DNA of 24,000 nucleotides, taken from positions 20,886-44,885 of the forward strand of contig DXJF01000011.1 of the NCBI GenBank assembly GCA_019057375.1. The letters are read 5' to 3'. The notes beneath the pieces were generated by a model, which was not told where the DNA came from, searched no databases, and worked only from the letters and a program-made list of their open reading frames with translations. A program made the translations under genes and the position numbers. This document shows, piece by piece, positions 15,414 through 23,045 of this stretch (position 1 is the stretch's first letter; every line of letters starts with the position of its first letter). This DNA is from Candidatus Heimdallarchaeota archaeon. GTDB taxonomy: Archaea; Asgardarchaeota; Heimdallarchaeia; Heimdallarchaeales; Heimdallarchaeaceae.

Positions 15414-15704
15414 TTAACCTCCATGTGATATAGGTATAATCCTAATTTCCATATCTGATTCAACTGGAGAGTATAATTTTCCTGTGCTTTTTAGTTCAAC
15501 TTTATTGGATAATAAGAGATAACCTGGGCGTATATCTGAATCACTTATCAATATATTTACGACTCTTTCATGTTTAGATAGGAGGAAAATTAAGCCATCT
15601 AGCAAATTCGTTTCCGCATCAATCTTACCTTCTATCAATCGTTGATTAGAAGGAATTGATGGATGGAGCAGGATTGTAATTGAGTAATATTTCAGAAAAA
15701 TCAC
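15414..15704 (-). CDS. Ubiquitin-related modifier, Urm1-like beta-grasp protein (Urm1/MoaD/ThiS/SAMP superfamily) ending in Gly-Gly
   Basis: The C-terminal half ILISDSDIRPGYLLLSNKVELKSTGKLYSPVESDMEIRIIPISHGG-stop parallels yeast Urm1 [46 protein letters not shown]-stop. About 96 aa. The start is uncertain: GTG 15704 is the first codon after an in-frame stop. Confidence 0.7.
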   Translation of the reverse strand: MIFLKYYSITILLHPSIPSNQRLIEGKIDAETNLLDGLIFLLSKHERVVNILISDSDIRPGYLLLSNKVELKSTGKLYSPVESDMEIRIIPISHGG

Positions 15705-15731
15705 CTAAAATAAGATAAAGAGTAGGTACTA

Positions 15732-16676
15732 TTACCCTACTTCAATTTCAAACATACCTAGCAAATCTTCTATATCTTGAGCAATTGCTTCGTCTTCTTC
15801 ACTTAACTCGGCCCCTTCCTCTGGTTTAAGAAATTCTATTGCTCTTACAACACCATTTTCACAAATCATTCTTGGAACATGAGAACTTGAGAAAAATATT
15901 CCTTCTGGTGGTTCATCCAATTCTTCGAATCCGCCTGTATATGTTTCTGTATATACTTTGTTCCCAATTATTACTAAATCTCTGTAGAATCCTTTAGGGG
16001 CTCCTAAATCTTTCAGAACTTTAAATGATTGATCAAGCATTATGTCACTTTTAACTACTGCTTTTTCTTCAGATGCAACACTTGCTGTATCTTTAGGTAT
16101 CAATGCTTCTTCAGGTTTCTTAATTTCTATAGATTCAGACTCTAGTGCTGAGAGTATTGTTGGCATAGGTCTATTTCCTGGTGCCCCCATCTTTGCAAGA
16201 TGTGTTGGTAATTCAGAAGCAGGCACTTGTGCTGGACGATCTTTTAGTCTTTCATCACCTCCTTCTTCTGAATCTGGAATAGGAGCTGGTGTAGAAGCTG
16301 GTATGCTTTCTTGTTCGGCTCCTTCCTCAAAAACATTAATTCTACTTTGTCTATCAATTATTTTTTGAGCTCTGTTTATAACAGTATCAGGTACAATATC
16401 TGTTTTACCAATTTTTTGCAGCATGGAAACAAATTCTGCAGTTTCATCATTTTGATCGCAAGATTGTGGAACATACGCAAAGCCATATTCCTTTTTCCTT
16501 ATATCAGATAAAGCCCTACTTCCAATAAACTTCTTTCTTATTGGACAATTAGAACCTTTCCACAACCACATTTTTTTATCTTCTTCATCCACAACAATGA
16601 GGACTTTTTCTGGACCTAGTTGTAATTCATTCAATTCAACTAAATTACCATCCTCTTGCACTTCTAAATATCTCAT
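15732..16676 (-). CDS. Gelsolin-domain protein: N-terminal gelsolin/villin-like domain, Pro/Glu-rich linker, C-terminal region of unknown fold
   Basis: Residues 1 to about 95 fit the gelsolin-repeat pattern: strand-turn-strand LIVVDEEDKKMWLWKG, long helix RKKFIGSRALSDIRKK, then distal DETAEFVSML. This is followed by a low-complexity segment (IPASTPAPIPDSEEGGDE...PGNRPMP) and a C-terminal segment of about 100 aa with an acidic tail. Confidence 0.55.
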   Translation of the reverse strand: MRYLEVQEDGNLVELNELQLGPEKVLIVVDEEDKKMWLWKGSNCPIRKKFIGSRALSDIRKKEYGFAYVPQSCDQNDETAEFVSMLQKIGKTDIVPDTVINRAQKIIDRQSRINVFEEGAEQESIPASTPAPIPDSEEGGDERLKDRPAQVPASELPTHLAKMGAPGNRPMPTILSALESESIEIKKPEEALIPKDTASVASEEKAVVKSDIMLDQSFKVLKDLGAPKGFYRDLVIIGNKVYTETYTGGFEELDEPPEGIFFSSSHVPRMICENGVVRAIEFLKPEEGAELSEEDEAIAQDIEDLLGMFEIEVG

Positions 16677-16846
16677 TGTAGTTTCACACTCAAATTATCT
16701 ACAAACTACATATGTAAATTCGTTTAATAAAACTTATCGAAAGCTACCAGTGAATTAAAATCAAAGTTTTTTCATGTAAAGGTTAGAAATTTGAAAAGAA
16801 ATAAGATTAGGGAAAGCCAATCAAAACATTGTTTTCATGAGATCTT

Positions 16847-17575
16847 TTAACCTAAAATACTAGCTACTTTGTTATATATGAACTTCAAAAGATCTATGAA
16901 AGAATCTATCCATAAGCTCACTGTATTTAATATAGGTACACCTTGTCTTTCAATAATAATAGCAAAAAATATTGTACCAAAGAATCCAATGGGTTTTCCT
17001 AAAACATCATGTGCCCAGAACCACGCCGCATTGTATGTAGCCCCATATGAAACATCAATGGTTATTGTCATGGCTATTACAAGAGCAATTCTCAGAAAGT
17101 TTCCTACAATTAGAGCTAAAAGAGAATATATTGAAGCTTTAATCTTTTTACTTGCTTCTGCTGGTGTAACTATTATTAGAGCCATCAATAACGCTCCAGC
17201 TTGCATTCCAGTACAGGCTCTCACAATAGCAAATTGACGACTAGCTGATATTGATTTTATTACAGGGGTATTTCCACCATGACCATCCAAGTTACTTAGA
17301 AAATTTGAAATAATTATGAAGAGAGAATTTCCATATTCTATTTCATTGTATAAGGGGGCAACTTCTATATTGAATTGGTATAACTCTAACATTCCAAAAA
17401 CGGTTTCATTTGTGATTTTTTCTAGAAAATAGTAATCAGGAACCAGATAAAGTACTAAAGTTAAAACCACTACAACTAAGAATGATAACAAGGAGTAGAT
17501 ATGTTTCTTCCTTCCTTCTAATTCAGTTAAATTTCTCAATTGAAGAAAAGATTTTTGCTCCACCGCATTTGCCAT
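16847..17575 (-). CDS. Archaeosortase/exosortase-family integral membrane protein
   Basis: Polytopic, 242 aa. The family's Cys/Arg/His signature appears in the expected order and context: VRACTGMQAGALL, GNFLRIALVI, WAHDVLGKPIGFF. Confidence 0.6.
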   Translation of the reverse strand: MANAVEQKSFLQLRNLTELEGRKKHIYSLLSFLVVVVLTLVLYLVPDYYFLEKITNETVFGMLELYQFNIEVAPLYNEIEYGNSLFIIISNFLSNLDGHGGNTPVIKSISASRQFAIVRACTGMQAGALLMALIIVTPAEASKKIKASIYSLLALIVGNFLRIALVIAMTITIDVSYGATYNAAWFWAHDVLGKPIGFFGTIFFAIIIERQGVPILNTVSLWIDSFIDLLKFIYNKVASILG

Positions 17576-17658
17576 TACTCTTCATCCTCAAAACATTTCA
17601 GATAGTTAAAAACTATTCGTTTGTTAAAAAAAACAATTATCTTAAATAATTTATCTAA

Positions 17659-20600
17659 TCATTTTTTGTTCTCAACTTCTGGTTTGATGAAGTAATCAGA
17701 AAGTGTCACAGTTCCATCAATTTTCTTTGATGTACCCTTCTTTGTTGTTGAAGAGGGGTCTTCAACAAATAGTGATTCAACATTATGCTTGATTACATCT
17801 AATCTGTTTCTTAGATATTCAGAAAGGCCATATTTGTTAATTAATGATTCAGTCATATCAAAATATTTTGTAATAGATTTTTCAAATACAGTAAGATTCA
17901 GATTTGGTTGTTTGCAGTTTGGACATGTTTCAGATAGAGGTATTCTTCTATACGTCCTATTACATTTGGTACATCGAAATTTTTGTGACCCAAATCTTCT
18001 CAAATTTCCAATAAGATCAGGGATAAAGTGGTTTACAATAATTCTTGTAGCTACATCAGTAACATCAACAGCTCGAATTAGTTCTGCCACTTTTAGTTGA
18101 GCATTCACTTTGTCTACCATTGTTGTAAGATTTTTGTAAGCTGTTGAACTAGGGCCATCAAATATGTGTGAAGTTTCATGTGAGTAGTGAAAACCCTCAT
18201 ATGCTGTCTCGTTATCTAATCTATTCTGAATTAAGTCAATTAATGGTAATACTAATTTTGGAGAAGAGCCTTTTAAACTAGCTTCGTAGAAGGAAAGAGG
18301 ATACCTCAAACATGTATCAACATTATGGGATTCATCATCAACTTCATGGGGATTGAGATTGGCAACCAAGATTAAAGGAGCGTCCATTTTACCTCCTCTA
18401 ATCTCGGGAAGGTAAAATTTAGAGAAGTTGAGAAAAGCGTCAAGAGCTAAAAGGATAGAATCTTCATCACCATCCGCATTGCGTCGCTTCGCTGCATGCC
18501 AATATGGATGTGCGAAATTCACTTTTGCTTTAGTAAATCCAACTATTCTGCCTACAATACCTGCAGAGGTATGGGGTGCAAGTCCAATTATTATTTTTCC
18601 AATTATATCTGTCCGATTTGTTGCTTTATAAAATCTAGGAAGACCATAAACTTTCTCAAGTAATTCATCGATATAGTTTGCAACTCCTAGAAGATGTTTT
18701 CCCCCATCATCGTTTATTATAACATCCTGTATTTTTAGTTCAACGGTTTGATCTACTTTTTCCAAAGGCTTACCTTTAACATCTACTGAATAGCCTAATT
18801 CATGTAATTTTTGAACTGTTACTCCCACTTCTTTAGGTTTAAAGTGTGTTAAGATTGCGTCTGTTGAATCAAACCTTATAGTACCATCTCTGTAGACAAA
18901 AATGTTGTGTTTGGCTCTAAGAATTCCTTTTTCTATTAATTCAGGTATTTTATCCTTATTCATAAGCTTCTTTACAGCTTTAACATTTTTAGGAAAAGGA
19001 GCTCCAATTATTTTTTTAGCTTCCTTTACACGATCACTTATTGGATAAGAAGTTCTCGAGTAATTAACTGCTTTTCTACCGCATTTTGGGCAGGTTTCAT
19101 CTTTCAAGTTAATTCCACAAAGTGCACATTTTTTATCAAATTCAGCTTCAACATTACATGAAGAACAGATTGATTTATTGATTAATTCACCACATTGAGG
19201 GCATTTTCGTCGAGCAAGATCAATAGATATTTTGTTATTTTCTGCAGCTTTGTAAAGATCACGAAGTCTTCCTCCTTTTTCTTCGATAGGAAAGAGAAGA
19301 TGTACTGGTGGTTTCATTCTTCTGTCTTTAGCTTTTTCAGGACGTCCCATTCTCGCCCCTGTATACACTGAGCATTTCTCTCTTATTTCGAAGCTACTTA
19401 CAGAATTAATTGCTGCTAAGACTTTTTCCTTTGAATTAGTGAGTTTTTCAAGTTTTCCGTTATTTATCCCGAGTGAAATTAAAAGAGGAGAACCGTGCAA
19501 ACCAAATTTTATATTGTTATCTACAACGTTATGAGGTATGAATATTTTTTCTAAAATTTCTTTAATTTTCTCATCATAAGTTATAACTAGGTTTTGTTCT
19601 TCTTCAGAACTATTATCTGCCACATACTTGCGCAATAAAACATATTCATCTATAGAAATGTTTGACCAATGATAGGTATACTCAGGATGAAGGGGGATGT
19701 TAAATATCTTTGAAATAGCTAAAGTTTCTTCTGACGTTGGAATTTTAAAAAAGGGATCTTTTATAAAACTTCGAACTTTCTTAGCTAAACTTTGAGACAG
19801 AATTTCTTTGTCTTTCAAAGAAACTCCCCTGTATTTTGACTCTAACTCTTGAATCCACCACTCCTCGCAATAACCAGAAGGTACCAAATCATGACTATTT
19901 TGGTTAAATTCCCCTACACCATATAGCATATCTCCTAAAAACAATATTTCATGAATTTGATTTGCTAGAGACTTGGCCTCTTTGTAACTATTAACTTTTA
20001 TAACATCACCGTTTTTCAGTTTAACAATTGGAGGGTGAATAGAATCTACAGGCATAACAATTGCACCTTTACCAGGACGTTCAGTTCGTACATGGGTTCC
20101 ACAAGCTAGAAAATCATCTGTTAATCCCATTAAAGCTGGATGAATTCCCATTCCAGCAAGTCCTGTGGTTCTAGATCTTCCATATCTAATCCTAAAGCCG
20201 CCAATTTCAGAGGGATGTGCAAAAACAGGACGACCTGCAATTACATCCTTGATATAACCTTCATCAGAATGAATTTCTAGTTCCTCTTCATTTTCAGAAT
20301 CATCTTTAACGTCATATTCATCTGAAACATCTTCGTCTATATGAGTTCCAGTACCTTCATGAATTTTTATTAATTCTTGAAACCATTCCCAGCCATCCAA
20401 TTTACTCTCTAAAATCCTTCTTTGAAGTTTCTTTGAACGACCAACTAATCCATCATTAAAGACTAAACAAGCACCCCCCCGTAAACGATTTGTTTCAATT
20501 CTTTTCAAATCACGATTTCCAGTAACTTCGATCTTATCTGTTGGTTCTCCTGTAATTTCAATTGGTAAGTTTTGAGCAGCAAACCTTTGTTCCTCTTTTG

Positions 20601-21222
20601 TTGTTGGAAGTTGTAAATGACTCACTCGATTATATAATTCGAGCTCCTCAATATAGCGTTCCACTTCCCTTTGATTTGGTCTATATCTTGAGATTCCTAA
20701 TGTTTTCCTTACATAATCAGCTAATAGAACACTCATTCCTGCAGCAGTTCCTCCTGCTGAACGAATTGGACCCGCATAATACACAGCCAAATATTCTGAA
20801 CCATCATCATTTTGTTTAATCTTTACTTTAGCTATTCCCTCTATTGGAGCAGCTGTTATACTCTCGGTTATAACTGCTAAAGAGCTTCTTATAGCCAGTT
20901 CAGCTAATTCCTCTTTTGTCCCTTGAACCAATTTTCCTAGACATATATCTTCAGCAATCTTAAAAGCTACATGCTCCCTAGACATGTTCTTTCTTTCATA
21001 CTCGCGAATCTTTTTCCCAACACCGTCAGGACCTATAAGTCCTTCAACTCTATCAGCAATATCTTTAGCAATAGGAATCTCTACCTCGGGAACTGGATCC
21101 AAACCTTTTTTTCTCGCTTTTGATGCAACAGAGTATATTTTTTTGAGCTGCTTATTTAAATCATCAAAATATGCTTGAATGCTGATAGATAGATGGTTAT
21201 TTTGACTGATTTTATTCACCAT
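17659..21222 (-). CDS. dp2: DNA polymerase II (PolD) large catalytic subunit DP2
   Basis: 1187 aa. Conserved catalytic stretch HPYWHAAKRRNADGDEDS, GLAPHTSAGIVGRIVGFT, and Cys4 zinc modules (CPQCG..CSSC, CALCG..CPKCG, CTKCN..CPNC). The length leaves no room for an intein. Confidence 0.95.
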   Translation of the reverse strand: MVNKISQNNHLSISIQAYFDDLNKQLKKIYSVASKARKKGLDPVPEVEIPIAKDIADRVEGLIGPDGVGKKIREYERKNMSREHVAFKIAEDICLGKLVQGTKEELAELAIRSSLAVITESITAAPIEGIAKVKIKQNDDGSEYLAVYYAGPIRSAGGTAAGMSVLLADYVRKTLGISRYRPNQREVERYIEELELYNRVSHLQLPTTKEEQRFAAQNLPIEITGEPTDKIEVTGNRDLKRIETNRLRGGACLVFNDGLVGRSKKLQRRILESKLDGWEWFQELIKIHEGTGTHIDEDVSDEYDVKDDSENEEELEIHSDEGYIKDVIAGRPVFAHPSEIGGFRIRYGRSRTTGLAGMGIHPALMGLTDDFLACGTHVRTERPGKGAIVMPVDSIHPPIVKLKNGDVIKVNSYKEAKSLANQIHEILFLGDMLYGVGEFNQNSHDLVPSGYCEEWWIQELESKYRGVSLKDKEILSQSLAKKVRSFIKDPFFKIPTSEETLAISKIFNIPLHPEYTYHWSNISIDEYVLLRKYVADNSSEEEQNLVITYDEKIKEILEKIFIPHNVVDNNIKFGLHGSPLLISLGINNGKLEKLTNSKEKVLAAINSVSSFEIREKCSVYTGARMGRPEKAKDRRMKPPVHLLFPIEEKGGRLRDLYKAAENNKISIDLARRKCPQCGELINKSICSSCNVEAEFDKKCALCGINLKDETCPKCGRKAVNYSRTSYPISDRVKEAKKIIGAPFPKNVKAVKKLMNKDKIPELIEKGILRAKHNIFVYRDGTIRFDSTDAILTHFKPKEVGVTVQKLHELGYSVDVKGKPLEKVDQTVELKIQDVIINDDGGKHLLGVANYIDELLEKVYGLPRFYKATNRTDIIGKIIIGLAPHTSAGIVGRIVGFTKAKVNFAHPYWHAAKRRNADGDEDSILLALDAFLNFSKFYLPEIRGGKMDAPLILVANLNPHEVDDESHNVDTCLRYPLSFYEASLKGSSPKLVLPLIDLIQNRLDNETAYEGFHYSHETSHIFDGPSSTAYKNLTTMVDKVNAQLKVAELIRAVDVTDVATRIIVNHFIPDLIGNLRRFGSQKFRCTKCNRTYRRIPLSETCPNCKQPNLNLTVFEKSITKYFDMTESLINKYGLSEYLRNRLDVIKHNVESLFVEDPSSTTKKGTSKKIDGTVTLSDYFIKPEVENKK

Positions 21223-21364
21223 TTCTGTTATGTTTGCGATTTAATTATTCAAATAAATTAAGCTAAGGGGTTCTCGGAGATATTATTAATTACACTTGTT
21301 TAAACGTTTCCTTTTCTGTAAACAAAGTGATAAAGCTTAATTAATATGAGGAGTTTGTTTATTT

Positions 21365-21976
21365 GTGATTAACGTTACAATAGCAACTAAGAATTTTAGG
21401 TTTTTGTATAGACTTAATGAAATCTTAGGCGGTATTAAAGAAATAAAAACAAATCACATTTTACCTAACGAATTTATTCCTGAAAATACAGATGTAGTTA
21501 TAACAACTGAGATTGAAAAAAAATCTGTTGACTGGAAAAAAAAATTCATACCAAAAGCATTCAATCGTTATTATTTGTATTCCAATATTTGTTTAATGTA
21601 TATTGGAAAAGAGAGTTTTTCTGAAGTAATCATAGGAATAGATCCAGGAAAAACCATTGGATATGCTGTTGTTGCTGATGGGGAAACTATCATAAGCGTA
21701 TCCGAAATTTACACAGCTGTTGACGCCGTCAAAGAAGTAATATCCACCTTTTTCAATATTGAAACAAATAAGCTAATCATCAAAATAGGGGTTGGGGGCG
21801 GGAAAATTAAGGAAGAGATAGTTCAAAGACTGAATGAGATTTTTCATGATAAAGTTCCCATACATATAGTTAGAGAAGATTTTACATCAAAAACAAAACT
21901 AACTTCAACAGAAGAAAAATTTAGCAAAAACATAACAGCAGCTTTATTGATTGCAGCTAGAGAGAGCTATGTTTAA
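21365..21976 (+). CDS. RNase H-fold protein with a YqgF/RuvX-like C-terminal domain and an N-terminal domain of about 85 aa with unknown function
   Basis: IIGIDPGKTIGYAVVADGE ... LIIKIGVGGG ... VPIHIVREDFTSKTK ... KNITAALLIA follows the RuvX layout (lGlDvGtktiGvAv ... ivvGlP ... DERlST ... iD..AA.iIL). GTG start with GAGGAG upstream. Family assignment is tentative. Confidence 0.45.
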   Translation: MINVTIATKNFRFLYRLNEILGGIKEIKTNHILPNEFIPENTDVVITTEIEKKSVDWKKKFIPKAFNRYYLYSNICLMYIGKESFSEVIIGIDPGKTIGYAVVADGETIISVSEIYTAVDAVKEVISTFFNIETNKLIIKIGVGGGKIKEEIVQRLNEIFHDKVPIHIVREDFTSKTKLTSTEEKFSKNITAALLIAARESYV

Positions 21977-22067
21977 TATTCTTTATTGGATTCTCAAGAA
22001 ATAGAGTTTTTGCATTACCCAAATATCTAAAAGTATTTAAAAGTTCATAGTATAAAACTACCGTTCG

Positions 22068-22077
22068 AAATTTATAA
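22068..22077 (+). promoter_or_regulatory. Putative TATA box for the MoxR-VWA unit
   Basis: AAATTTATAA is centred about 32 nt upstream of ATG 22105. Confidence 0.3.
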
Positions 22078-22104
22078 CAAAATTGTAAAGAGGAAAGAGA
22101 ATTG

Positions 22105-22986
22105 ATGGAAGGCGTTGTAATGCAAGATAAGACAATTGAAGAAATGATTGAGGAAATACAAAAACAGTATAACATCGTTGGAAGAATAGGTGAGCTCCGA
22201 AAATGTTTAGCTGCTAAACTAGCGAACCGCCACATTTTGCTTGAGGGTGATGTTGGTGTGGGAAAGACAACACTTGCAAATGCAATGGCATCATATTTTT
22301 CACAAAATCTAGAAAGAGTTGACGGTGATGAAAGATATAGTTCTGCTAAACTTGTAGGTCATTTTGATCCTCCAATGGTAATTGAACAAGGTTATTCATG
22401 GGATTCTTTTGTTACAGGTCCATTGACAAAAGCTATGAAACAAGGTGCTATCCTCTTTCTTAATGAATTAAACAGAATGCCAGAAGGCACTCAAAATGTT
22501 CTCCTTTCAGCTATGGATGAGGGAATTATTATTATTCCAAAACTTGGAGAAGTTAAAGCACAAGAAGGTTTTTTCATTATTAGTGCAATGAATCCTGCTG
22601 AACTTGTTGCAACAACCCCACTAAGTGAAGCTTTGAGAGACAGATTTGTCTGGATAAGGTTGCAATATCAATCAGAGGAAGAAGAGGAAAATATAGTTAG
22701 AGTGCGAACAGGCATAAAGGATGATAAAATCATAAAAATAGCTGTAAAAATTGTTAGGCAGACAAGAGATTGGCCTGATTTAAGAAGAGGGGCATCTATC
22801 AGAGGAGCACTTGATTTAGCGTCTATAATACGTTTTCTTGAATCTAATGATATCGAATCATGGATTGATGGTTCTATTATGGCTCTTGCAACCAAAATAG
22901 AATTGGAAGATGGGGTAGAAAGCCAAATTGAAGATGTGGTTAAAGACATTGTTCAAAGTGCCTTTAAAGATTTGGATTTTTTCTAG
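22105..22986 (+). CDS. MoxR-family AAA+ ATPase
   Basis: Walker A LLEGDVGVGKTT, Walker B region ILFLNELNR (Asn-Glu instead of Asp-Glu), LRDRF, and the MoxR-typical GASIRGALDL helix. TTG 22102 and ATG 22105 are adjacent candidate starts. Confidence 0.85.
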   Translation: MEGVVMQDKTIEEMIEEIQKQYNIVGRIGELRKCLAAKLANRHILLEGDVGVGKTTLANAMASYFSQNLERVDGDERYSSAKLVGHFDPPMVIEQGYSWDSFVTGPLTKAMKQGAILFLNELNRMPEGTQNVLLSAMDEGIIIIPKLGEVKAQEGFFIISAMNPAELVATTPLSEALRDRFVWIRLQYQSEEEEENIVRVRTGIKDDKIIKIAVKIVRQTRDWPDLRRGASIRGALDLASIIRFLESNDIESWIDGSIMALATKIELEDGVESQIEDVVKDIVQSAFKDLDFF

Positions 22987-23045
22987 AAGAGGGAGGAGAT
23001 TTGTATAAAGAGGACGTACAGCGTCCTTTTGTCTTTAGAGGAAAG

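Noticed and set aside
15705-15731. Possible read-through or fusion of the gelsolin-domain ORF with the Urm1-like ORF, since they share a reading frame
   Set aside because: The 30-nt junction contains three in-frame stops (TAA, TAG, TAG), so read-through or a sequencing-error split is implausible. I treat them as two separate genes.
20257-20343. Acidic stretch in DP2 (HIDEDVSDEYDVKDDSENEEELEIHSDEG)
   Set aside because: It is probably a surface-loop expansion. Without an alignment I cannot show that it is unusual, so I do not report it as a finding.
17659-21222. Intein or other insertion in PolD DP2
   Set aside because: The 1187-aa length is within the range of intein-free DP2 proteins. I see no intein block motifs or interruption of the conserved NADGDED region.
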